Below are positions 12,459 to 23,316 of a stretch of DNA of 64,000 nucleotides, piece after piece (positions within the stretch are counted from its first letter, which is position 1; every line of letters starts with the position of its first letter). The notes under the pieces were generated by a model. The model ran no database searches and was not told the DNA's origin. It saw nothing but the letters and a program-made list of their open reading frames with translations. Source of the stretch: Dimorphilus gyrociliatus (lineage: Eukaryota; Animalia; Annelida); assembly GCA_904063045.1 (NCBI GenBank), contig CAJFCJ010000068.1:78453-142452 (forward strand), in the 5' to 3' direction. A program made the translations under genes and the position numbers.

Positions 12459-15116
12459 TCAAATGGGATTTACCTGAATTATTTCTCTATTAAAGAGGCA
12501 AATAGCAGCCTTCATGGACACTTGTGAGCAAATTGTCTTGCATATGCTGATTTCATGACGGTAGCCATTTAGAAGGAGAAGAGAACCAAATGTTTTTGAT
12601 TCGAGATAAAAATTTGTTTTTATGCTATTATCAATGTTTACATCCAGTGTTAAATGTCCATTTTTGGGTGCAAATTTCACTTGAGCATCTGGAAAATAGT
12701 AGGCATAAACAGAGGGACAAAATGAATAGTTGATGAGTATGCTTGGAATTGAGTAGTGTTTGAATGTCAATTGATAAATGTATGCCTGACTGACTGAGAA
12801 GGGATTAGAAAAAACCTGCAAACCTGCTTGCCATATTGTACAAAAAATATTTAAGAAATTATATGATCTTTTAAGCAGCAAAGGCGCCTTATAAAATCCA
12901 TTCCAAACAGCAAAATAGCTGCTATTAGGCAAAATTTGTTCATGAAATAGTATAAATTGACACAGATTGCACATTTTTTCATTTGCCATTTCATGACTTT
13001 CAAACTGTTCCTTTAGTTGAAAAATGCTTTTGTTGTATTTGACATACAATTTATAATATAAATTTTCTGAATTTGCAAATATATCTTTAAAAATAAACAA
13101 ATAAAAAGAATTAATTACAAAAAGAATAGACTGGTTACATAGACTTGGGGAAGGGCTTTGGTTTTGACAGAAAACATCTACAAATGTATGATTTTACCAT
13201 AACCCTATCTCAGACCTTGCAGTTGATTGATTGCCTAATCTTTGTCATCAAAAATGTTATTTAAATGGATGTTTTCCATAGCTAACCCAATCCCCAGGCA
13301 GGAACAGGCAACCAAGTAAATAATCAAAACTGATTTGAACAATAAAAAACAAAAATTGTTTGCCTCTGCCTTTTTTTTAAAAAAAAAAACAAAATAGTTT
13401 AGAGGTCATAAGGTCAAGTTTGAAAGTTTAGGGTTGAGGTGAAAAAAAAAATTTAAAAAACATGATCTTTGAACAAAAAAGCTTCAATCAGCTTACAATG
13501 TCATCTGAATGTAATCATGAAAAATCATTGTTTTCTTATGAGTATTAAGAATTTTTGAATATTTGACCATAGAATAGAAATCATCATATCCAAGTAGTTT
13601 ACAAATTTTGTTACTGAAATAAGTAGGAATTCTTTCATATTCAATTATCCTATTCAGACTTTCATTTTTCAATTTAACTTGTAAATTTCCAAAATGGTAC
13701 TCATCGGACTCTTGCACATGTTTCATAAAGAACTGTAAATCATTCAAACTATAAGAGACAACTAAAAATTTAAGTGAGAACAAATGAAAATTTTTGTAAA
13801 TTGTTATTAAAAGAACAAACACTCTTTTTTGGCCAACTTTGATCCACAAGTTGTTTGCAGAATTTTAAGGGAAACGTATTCTAGCGGTGATTTTACTGAA
13901 TAATGACATCCTACTACTTTTTTATCAACCATTTTACAACCGGAAATGAAATATTTTATATAATTTCCCTTATGGTAATAAAAATAAAGTAAAAAAATTA
14001 GAAAAAAGTGGTTTGGTTTTAATTAAAAAAAAAAAGGTAATTTTTCTCCTCTTTACAATGTTAATGATCTTTTCTTTACAAATTTTAACAACATTTGTCT
14101 GGTTCATAACTTGACATATAAATATACAGGTAGCCTGCAAATCTGCTGAGTTGACAAAAACTCTAGGTACCATTAGGAGAGACTTTGTTTCAAAGTAAAA
14201 GTCATTGTGGTAGGATTGTCTATTTGTTGTGAAAGGTGGGAAAATGGCAGTTAAGTCTTTTAAAAAGAAGAAAAAGATAATGATGAACAATGATGAAAAA
14301 ATAAACATTGACCATTTAAATCTTGGTATTGGCAATATAAATAGTTTAAAGTTCCAATTGAATTTGTTTTATTTACAATTTCTTCTTGATAAGTCTCTTT
14401 ATTAAATGTTATTATTTGATCTTCATTTTTAAATTCCCTATAGAAAGATGGCTCTGATTTAACAGCAAATAAACTTTTCTTGCAGTGTTCATTAAGATTT
14501 TGTCCAGAATTTTCAATATTAAAAATTTGATTATTGATTTTAAAATAGAGTGAATATAGAAAGGTTTCTTTCCAAACAGCAAAATAATCTTTTGTTTGTT
14601 TTTTAAATATGTCATTTTTTTTAAATTTAAAAAAAAAATATTTTAAAGACTAACAGTTTCTATTCTTTTTCAAGCATTTCACAATAATTTTCTCATAGTA
14701 AGGGCATTTTTTCTGAAATTCTCTGCAAAAGAATATGTTTGTTTTATGGCATCTTTAAAAACAAAGAGTAGAAAAAAGAATTTAATTTACAGAGAAAGCA
14801 AAGACGGAGCGCCATTGATGTATGCTTTTTTATAAGTGAAGCATGATTGCTGAGCTAAATTTTCACCACTCAATTTATGGAATGAAATATCTGAATTATA
14901 TCCCATTTGAATACAAATATCTAAACTATAATTTGGATATAAATAAGTATTTAAAGAAATTAAATAGTTTGATTTATATTTTATTATTCCCAAAATATAA
15001 TCATCATTCTCATGCTTATCTTCCAATGATAGATGTTTTCTGCTAATAATCACTTTTCCATGAAAGATTGAGTTGAAAATTATGAACAAAAATATCAATA
15101 TTATATTTAAAAACAT
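12459..15116 (-). CDS. Signal peptide plus degenerate SRCR-like repeat exons; probable 5' part of the receptor at 8050-11237
   Basis: Hydrophobic N-terminus MFLNIILIFLFIIFNSIF. Repeated G(I/N)L..K......IC..(L/M)GY motif (ICIQMGY, ICKLLGY). Same strand as the LDLa block. The same architecture is seen without a gap at 47205-50399. The link across the gap is inferred. Confidence 0.55.
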
Positions 15117-15436
15117 TTTTGCTTGAATGATTTTCTTCTCTTTTACCTGAACTATCTCAATTATTTATAATAGATCACATAACTTTTCTATAATAATAGA
15201 CTTTTGTGTATATTGCAATAATACTATCTATTGTACAAACATTAAATAAAAATTCTAATAATACTCTTCAATTGTTTCCATGCTTACTGAAAAGAGAACA
15301 ATTGCATTCTCATATTCATAGAATAAATATTTTATCACATTTCTCTTCTACAGATTCCATCATTAAACTGAACAGCAATAAGGGAAAACTTGCTCAACCA
15401 GTATTTAGGTGGACCACTAACAGTGTGGTTAATCAC

Positions 15437-15585
15437 TTGGCTGTACCTAACCTCTTCCATTATCCCTAACCCTAAGAGGAGAGTCTCCCAAGTACCAGTC
15501 AGTTGCTGTCTTCTTCTTCCTAACCATAATTCAATCCAAAGTCTACCTTTAAAACTTCTAATTTATGGATATTTTCTGTTGACTC
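15437..15585. mobile_element. 5'-truncated copy of the CCCTAA-containing MITE
   Basis: CCCTAACCCTAAGAGGAG...CAGTTGCTGTCTTCTTCTTCCTAACCAT...GGATATTTTCTGTTGAC matches 35515-35668. Confidence 0.75.
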
Positions 15586-15760
15586 TATCTCTTATGCATG
15601 TACCGCCACCTATTGGCAGAATGATAAACAATAAATACCCAAAATAGAGGACAATGAATAGAAATATTTTGTTCCAATTTATTTTCAGAAAAAAGTTAAT
15701 AAATTATATAAAGAAATAAAAGAGACGAATGAGAAGTTTGAATAATTTACAAAAGTCTTA

Positions 15761-17080
15761 CTAAACATTGACAATAATAAAAAAGTCTCTATTTAATGAA
15801 AGCAATTTTGATGTGAATATTTTAAGATAAATTCTTAAACAATAGCCAGGTTTACAATTACATTCAAAGAAACAAGTATCAAGCATATCAACTTCTGTAT
15901 AGTAACCATTTGCAGTATTGATCAATTGACAGTCTTCTATGTCATGATTTGATAATGCAATCAGAGTAAATGCTTGTTGTTTACATGAACTTATTATAGA
16001 TACACCTTTTAGTTCAGCAACTATTTTCTCTTTTCTATTTTCTGAGACATCAATTGATTCGGAATCTTTAACATTACAAGAAGCTATCTTTTCTTTTGGT
16101 TGATTAATTGAATTAATACTTTTTATCACCCAGTTTACACTCACACTGGAATTAATTGATGAACCAAAAATGTCAATTTCACATATTGTTAGACCAAGTT
16201 CACTGGCACCAACATCTTTAAATACAGCCAAATATTGACCAAAAGTATTTTGTGGACATCTTCTAGTTGTATAGAAACTTCCTGCTTCTATACTACCACA
16301 TTTTTTCTCAGGCGTCCATGGTGGAGGATCTGCGCTGTTATTTGAAACAATAATTTTCAAATATCCCAAACAGTCAAGTACGCCTACTCTATTGATTAGA
16401 GAAACGGCATATATTTCACTTTGCTTCTGAAGATCAATCATCCACCAAGTGGGTTCTACTCTGCCTGACCACGTGCACAATTGACCTATCCAATCAGCTT
16501 TACTTTGATCATTATTTGCAGACTGTATATTATCTCCCATTCCATTTACAGTCTGTATATTTCTATCAATACCTCTAAGTGTCCAAATTTCTATTTCACA
16601 GATAGTAAGTGTAGAATTATCATTCCTATTCTTTACAACAACAGATTTGGAGTAAAGTGGACCTTTTAAACAGTTTTTGGTAACTGATTCAAAAAGATCT
16701 ATGAATTTCGTAATGACATTACAAACTGTAAACAGATATTTTTGATGTTCAGGATCAAATGTTGAGTAGGTGCTTGTCAAAAATACAACATTTTTCATAT
16801 TAGCATTTTGTTGAGAGTTGAGTATTCTTATTGATCTGACAAAGTAATGCTTTGAAAATGTTATCATCCACCATTGATTGGATACACTATTAATTTCAGT
16901 TTCAAAACAAACACCTGTATGAAATCTTCCATCAACAGCATTGTGTTTTTCATATGTACTTGTTGAACTAACTGAAATGTTGGTCTGATTCAAAGCAATG
17001 TTAACAGTTAAATCATTACATGAAACTGAAATAATAATTCCAAAATATAGAATGCAAGTGAAGATTTGTCTAGTAGTCAT
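15761..17080 (-). CDS. Secreted protein with two fucolectin/F5-8 type C (FTP)-like domains, intronless
   Basis: 439 aa; signal peptide MTTRQIFTCILYFGIIISVSC. Two domains with N(I)AL...AVDG...C..T...WW.I.(F/L)...TICEI(E/D)I, plus a Cys-rich C-terminal region. Confidence 0.8.
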   Translation of the reverse strand: MTTRQIFTCILYFGIIISVSCNDLTVNIALNQTNISVSSTSTYEKHNAVDGRFHTGVCFETEINSVSNQWWMITFSKHYFVRSIRILNSQQNANMKNVVFLTSTYSTFDPEHQKYLFTVCNVITKFIDLFESVTKNCLKGPLYSKSVVVKNRNDNSTLTICEIEIWTLRGIDRNIQTVNGMGDNIQSANNDQSKADWIGQLCTWSGRVEPTWWMIDLQKQSEIYAVSLINRVGVLDCLGYLKIIVSNNSADPPPWTPEKKCGSIEAGSFYTTRRCPQNTFGQYLAVFKDVGASELGLTICEIDIFGSSINSSVSVNWVIKSINSINQPKEKIASCNVKDSESIDVSENRKEKIVAELKGVSIISSCKQQAFTLIALSNHDIEDCQLINTANGYYTEVDMLDTCFFECNCKPGYCLRIYLKIFTSKLLSLNRDFFIIVNV

Positions 17081-17545
17081 GTTCCTTAAAGAACTCTCCA
17101 GAAAATCTAAAACAAGTGTCTAGATAAAGAGTAGAAAGATTATGACCGTTATAATTTATTCAAAACTCTCTCAATTTTTCAATTAGCAAAAACATTGTAT
17201 CATTATATTGAAAAGAGGTGACAAAATTAATTCCTGAGTAGATTTGTCAAAGGGAGTTTGAACATCATTGTAACAAAACTGAATAGGATCATTTATTATA
17301 AATAATATGTCTGGGACTAATGACTTTGGCAAATAGAATTTTAATTATGTATCAATGTATGGAAAAATTTCCCTTCATTCAAGTAAAATGAGTACTGTGA
17401 ACAAATGTTAGTGCGAAAAGATGGTCAATACTTGCAAACAAAAATTTGCTTATTCTATAATCATATGAATATTCATTGTGCACTTAGAGACAGTAGAATA
17501 CTAAGAATTCTTAAATAATACAAAAATATATAAGTAATAAATTAT

Positions 17546-18231
17546 GGGAACAACAGAAGTCGCCCAGAATTTTTAATAGAAGTCACCCAGAGCTATGACA
17601 GAAGTTGTCCAGAACTGTGATAAAAGTCTCCTAGGACAGTGAGAGAAGTCACCCAGTACTATAGGAGACATAATCTCTTTGTTCTTTTTTTCTATTTAAT
17701 TTCTGACAATTGAAATATGTAAAAAGTATTAATAAATATAGAATGTATAATTTAATAGAAATTAAATAATGTACTTTGTTGTATTGTAATTGTAGGAATT
17801 TCTGCTTCTCCGGAACAGTATTTGTCTTCTTCAATCATTGATCACCTCAGCAAAGTACTGCAAAAATATTGCCAGTTTATCATCCAAAGAATATGTATTG
17901 AGTAAATGAGCTTCTAGTTCTAAACAAGTAAGTTTAAACAACCAGCCAACGGTTAAAGAACTGAACTGCTGAGCTGGAGAAATGTATTTACTTTTATACA
18001 TTTACCAAAGCTTGGGTTCAATTGGTCAAACGATTAAAAAGGTGAGATGCAACAGTCTCATAATCCACAAGAAACAAAGAGAACAAAGACTATTACACTT
18101 AGATCATAATGATAAGGCAAACATGACATGGCCAACATTTGCCGCTGCAGATTAAGTCAAAAGTTCTGGGCAACTTCTATCATAGTCCTGGACAACTTCT
18201 GACACAGCTCTGGGCGACTTCTGTCATATTC
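17546..18231. mobile_element. MULE-like foldback element with AGAAGTCGCCCAG subrepeats, containing an LTR fragment
   Basis: Starts GGGAACAACAGAAGTCGCCCAG, ends CTGGGCGACTTCTGTCATATTC. 9-bp TSD ATAAATTAT/ATAAATTAC (8/9). Homologous to 60827-61783. Confidence 0.85.
17770..18040 (-). mobile_element. LTR fragment (family 2) nested in the foldback element
   Basis: TGTACTTTGTTGTATTGTAATTGTAGGAATTTCTG...AAGAATATGTATTGAGTAAATGAGCTTCTAGTTCTAAACAAG shared with 32021 and 45496 copies. Confidence 0.8.
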
Positions 18232-19067
18232 ATAAATTACTACAAATTAAAATATATTTACATCTACATGTTTAAAATTTTTTAAAAGGAATATTCACTT
18301 TAAAATGATTGTCTTGTTTAGAGCATTACCACTCTATCATCAATTTTTGAAATTCTTCTCAAATATTGATAAAAAAAGCTATAGTTTGTTACAAAATAAT
18401 ACATAGATTGATTAACAAACAATTCTAGACCTCTTCCTCTTCTAATGATCCTATTGGAATTGAAAGTGGAATTATTCCAGATTTGGCAGGTGAAATGTAA
18501 AACATCAAATATTTCAATAGAAATGTTTGAATGAATACAGATATATTTTATATCATTAGAATCATCTTTTAATATCCTTTTACCTTGTTTATATATGTCA
18601 AGGTGGTTCCTTTAAAATTTTATGAAAAAGTGACAGGAAATAGATAACCTGGCAAACCTTGGAGTTTTTTTTTGGAGAATTAAAAAAAGCAAATTATGAG
18701 GCCTTACTTTAGTACTGAACATTAATATTTATTGAGTGTTACAGATGATAGCTTTCAAAGAATATCACCAAAAAGAGCCTTCAAAATAAAATATTTAATC
18801 AATCATATATATATAATACAAAAAAAGTACTATTCATCCAAATCTAGGATTTAACTTTTCAAATTTTAAATTGAATTTACTCTTTTGATAAAATCTTCTT
18901 CTTCACCTGAGATCAGCCTATAAAATCCTCTACAAAATCAAAACACAGCCAGTCAAGTTAGAAAATATATATAGAGAGAGAGCCATTCATTTTCTGAAAT
19001 CTTTTCAATCATTTCCTTTATATTTCTTTACACAGCCAAGAGCCTATTCAATGTATAGAGTTATATA

Positions 19068-20395
19068 TTAGGTACGAATGAAAAGTTTCAGTCACTGTGT
19101 GTTTTTTGTTAGAAATATTTGATGAATGTGGTTAATTTTTGTGTATGTTAAAGCCTAAAGTATATGCTACAAATATTGATAATTTAATTTTTCAATAGTC
19201 CCCTCCTTTTTCTATACAAGCCTGCCATTTGCTAGGAAGTAGAGTGATGCCGTTCCAGTAAAACAAGGTTGGCTTTCTCCTCAGAAAATCTTTGACATCT
19301 GTCTTCAATTCCTCCAAATTGTCATAATGGGATCCTCTGATATGGTCCTTCAATCTCCCAAAAAGAGAATAGTCAGAGGGAGCCAAATCAGGACTGTAGG
19401 CTGGGTGAGGGCATAATGACCACCCTTGATCTCTTATGAAATCTGTTGTGTAGAGACTTGTATGTGGTCTTGCATTATCATGCTGTAGTATCATTTGTTT
19501 TCCAGGTCTAATTCTATGCAACCTCTTCCTTAGTCTCTTTAGGGTCTCAACATATTGTATTGAGTTGACTACTTCTCCATACTCCATGAATTCAATGTGG
19601 ACTAAACCAGAATAGTCCCAAAAAACTGAGCACATCAGTTTTTCTGCTGACTTGGCCATTCTAAGCTTCTTGTCAGGTGGAGATGATGTGTGTTTATAAG
19701 TCAAAGAAGACCTTTTAGATTGTGGATCATAGAGGTGTACCCAGGTTTCATCTCCAGTCACAATTTTTTCTAAAAAGTCTCTTCCTTCTGCTGTGTATCT
19801 TTCAAGTAGCTCCATACAATGACTCACCCTCACCTGCTTCTGGTCCAGATTGAGAGCATAAGGAATCCATTTTGCACAGATCTTTCTGTATCCTAGCTCC
19901 TTTATAATTTTCCCTACAGTCTGTTGACAAATTTCTATTTGTTGGGCGATTGCTCTCTGAGAAATGGTCCGATCTTCTCTGATAAGCCTGTCAATTTCTT
20001 CTCTATTCTGACCTGTTACAGCTGTGCTTGGACGACCAGATCTTGGCAAATCTTCAAAATTTTTTCTTCCTTTTTTTATGTCAGATACCCACCTCCTTAT
20101 TGAACTTTCACTCAGAGTTTCATCCCCACAAAAGCTTTTTAACCGCTTATAAATTTGTCTCGCAGACACCTTCTCATGCACTAAAAATGCTATGACTGGT
20201 AGTTGATCAGAATGTGTGCACATGACTTGCAGTTGCTTATACCAAAATAAATTTGTAATGCCTCAACAGAATCGAATGAAAGTTTGCACAGTGAAAGTTT
20301 ACTAATTTCCTAAGATTATTGGAAAGTATCAATGATATTAGTTAAGCCATTTTAAAATTACAGCACAGTGACTGAAACTTTTCATTCGTACCTAA
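19068..20395 (-). mobile_element. Full-length mariner transposon
   Basis: Perfect 32-bp TIRs TTAGGTACGAATGAAAAGTTTCAGTCACTGTG; TA TSDs at 19066-67 and 20396-97; 1328 bp. Confidence 0.97.
19192..20223 (-). CDS. Intact mariner transposase, DD34D
   Basis: 343 aa; HTH region with RSGRP; WIPY (WVPHEL-equivalent); TGDETW, HDNARPH, YSPDLAPSDY; 34 residues between second and third Asp. Confidence 0.97.
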   Translation of the reverse strand: MCTHSDQLPVIAFLVHEKVSARQIYKRLKSFCGDETLSESSIRRWVSDIKKGRKNFEDLPRSGRPSTAVTGQNREEIDRLIREDRTISQRAIAQQIEICQQTVGKIIKELGYRKICAKWIPYALNLDQKQVRVSHCMELLERYTAEGRDFLEKIVTGDETWVHLYDPQSKRSSLTYKHTSSPPDKKLRMAKSAEKLMCSVFWDYSGLVHIEFMEYGEVVNSIQYVETLKRLRKRLHRIRPGKQMILQHDNARPHTSLYTTDFIRDQGWSLCPHPAYSPDLAPSDYSLFGRLKDHIRGSHYDNLEELKTDVKDFLRRKPTLFYWNGITLLPSKWQACIEKGGDY

Positions 20396-20991
20396 TATAT
20401 GAATATAGCTCACTTGTATTTTTCTATATACTGCAATCATTTCCTAAAAAATTCTACTTTACCATTTCATGAACAAATTTTATTTAGTCTAATTAACTTT
20501 TTGAAATTTATTTTTTTCCTTATTTTCCAGTTTTTCATGTTTCTTACTATCCCAACACCCTTATTTACTTTTAATTTTACTTTTGTTGTTTGTCCTAGTT
20601 GTTTTTAAATATATTTTCTATCTTCTACTTTTATTATAATGATCATAATAGACCTTTATGAATCACAGGTCCCAGATTATAGAGAGATGTACAAAACAAT
20701 GGTAAGTTGAGTGGATAGGAGAATAATAAAAAAATTCAGAAAATAATTTCATAAAGACAGCAGTTCCTAATAGCCACTCTAACCTTGGCCTAACAAACTT
20801 TCAGTGTGTGTGCATTAAAGGCCTGTCAATCAGTACTTGATTGGCAAATCCTTACACCAAGACCTAACCCAAAAAAATATATTTGAAAGCTTGTGACAAG
20901 TTTCACTTTTGCAAACTTTCTCCTCTTTTTACAGAATTGGTAATAGACACCTCTAAAAGAGCTATAAACAAAAAGTAAGGTAATGAAAATA

Positions 20992-21430
20992 CTTTAAAGA
21001 GAAAATTCAATGCCTATTGAGTACTTTTCAAATAGAATTGAATATTATAGTTAAACAATTTAAATAGAAAAAATTTCATGTTTCAATTGACCTATAATAG
21101 CTTTTACATTCAATAAATGTCTTAATCCTATAAAAACATTTATTACTTTAGAACTGGACATATTTTTGCATACTAAAGAATAAATTGACTATTGTTCTAC
21201 AATTCAAATACAGGGAAAGGTAATAATTTCCAAACAATAAAAAATTAAATAAAAATATTAGAAAATAGAGTTTTGAATGATTTATTAAACATTCTGTGCC
21301 TCTATCAACTAAATTGGAGAACATATGTCTAGTTCTAAATAAATAAATTTTACTATTTAAATCGTTTAACAATAATATTCAATTCTATTTGAAAAGTACT
21401 CAATAGGCATTGAATTTTCTCTTAAAGTGT
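20992..21430. mobile_element. MITE/foldback-like element with ~85-bp inverted repeats
   Basis: AGAGAAAATTCAATGCCTATTGAGTACTTTTCAAATAGAATTGAATATTA (~20999-21048) is inverted at ~21375-21424. TSD not resolved. Confidence 0.7.
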
Positions 21431-21515
21431 TTTTATTAGTAATAAATATGAAGTGAATAATACTTTTAAAAAGGCATTCAAATATTTAAGTAGTTCAACC
21501 TTATTTTCTAAAATA

Positions 21516-23175
21516 TAGTGGTGGACTAAAAAACCCGGACACTGTAAATTTTGATAGGCCAATTTTTAAATCACCCCAAAAATATGTTTTTTAGTTTGAA
21601 ATTAGTTTTTTTAGGCAATTTACATTAATAAAGGGTTATATTTATGTAATATTGAAAAAAAATGACAAAATTATCATATTTGTGAATATTAATAGGAAAA
21701 AAATTTTTACTAATTTTAATTAATTTTTTCTTTATTTGGCCGTGAGACATTATTAACCGCACATGCATTTTATTTCCAGTTTTGGATTCAAATTAACATC
21801 CCAAACAGAAATTTTTTTTGACCAAACTAATTTTCAAAGTTAAGTAATCACTTTTGATCTATTTTAATTACTGTAGTTAACTATAAATTATATTTACTTA
21901 ATTATGGCATGGGGTAAAGAGGTTAGGAATCTAGTATTTAAGAAATATGAAGAATTGCGAAAAATTAGGGCAACTGCAAGGGCTTTGGGAATGGCACCAT
22001 CTACCATTAATGACATTTTGAGATATCAGCCACCGCAACAAGAGAATAGGGGTTGTACAAAGAAGCTAACAGAAAGAGACATAGTCAGGATAAAAAGAAT
22101 AGTAAAGAGACTTAAGTGAAATAAGGAAAGGGTTACAGCAGGAAAGGTCTTAGCAGAATTAGAGGTTGATGTGAGTCTCAAGACCATTCAGAGAGAGCTG
22201 AAGAGGCAAAATTATAATTATAAAAGGATTAGACAGAGAGTTGATCTCACACCTAAGGATTGAGCAAGAAGAAAAGAATACTGCCTCAAAATAATTCTGG
22301 AAAATCTGGACTGGTCAACAGTGATTTTCATGGACAAGGCCAGATTCTCTCTGAGTGGGCCTGATGATTTCAGGACATGGACAAAAGATGTTGAAAAAAA
22401 TTTTAGAGTAACAAAAAATATGGGAAGAGGTGGAGTGATGGTTTGGGGATTAATAACCTCAGATGGGGTATTTGAGGTTTGGAGGATAAGTCAAAAATTG
22501 ACTGCCCAAAATTATAGCTGTTTTGTTGTGGAAGATGTTCTTCCTGTCATTGAAGAGATATCACTCAAAATGGGCAGGAATTACATCTTCCAACAAGACA
22601 ATGCAGGCTGCCACACAGCAAGAGCAACTAGGAGGGCCTTTAGAATGAATGGTATCAATCCAATTGATTGGCCAGCAAAGAGCCCTGACCTGAGCCCTAT
22701 AGAAAATATGTGGCACCTGACAAAAAATTTAGTTTATGATGGGGCACAATTTCAATCTGGGGATGAACTGTGGGAGAAAATAAAAAAATGTTCATACCAG
22801 GTTATAAGTCAAAATCCTGACTTGCTACCAAATTTATATGCAGGGATGGGAGGTAGGATTAGCAAATGTATTGCAAATGAGGGTTGTCATATTCAAAAAT
22901 AATAAAAATATTAATCCCCAAACCATCATCTGAGTAATAATGTCTCATGGCCAAATAAGAAAAAAATCATCAAAAAATGGATAATAAGAAAACAAAAACA
23001 CCTATATGAAAACTTATTTAAATCATATTTAAAAGAAACTCATGTATATATCAAACTTTAAACTACTATTTTATACCTGAAAAATAAAAAAAAAAATCTT
23101 TTTTCCTGGTGAAAAAGATTTATAACATTCGGCCTATCGAAATTTATGGTGTCTGGGTTTTTTTGTCGACCACTA
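21516..23175 (+). mobile_element. Tc1-like transposon, defective
   Basis: Imperfect outer IRs TAGTGGTGGACTAAAAAACCCGGACACTGTAAATTTTGATAGGCC / GGCCTATCGAAATTTATGGTGTCTGGGTTTTTTTGTCGACCACTA. A second inner IR pair at ~21725-21756 and ~22934-22967. TA context at ends. Confidence 0.9.
21904..22902 (+). pseudogene. Tc1 transposase DD34E with two in-frame TGA stops
   Basis: One frame throughout; TGA at 22117-19 and 22261-63 (consistent with CGA>TGA). FMDKARF, QQDNAGCH, SPDLSPIEN; 34-residue spacing. Confidence 0.92.
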
Positions 23176-23316
23176 TGTAACAAAGAAACCTAAATAAAAA
23201 ATTTTTATATTACATTTTTGCCAATAGGTTGCGCTGTCAGTATTGAAATTTTCAAACTCCTGTCACTTACAAAACTGTTTTTTTGTCAAGACTAGCTGTT
23301 GCAGATAACTGGAAAG

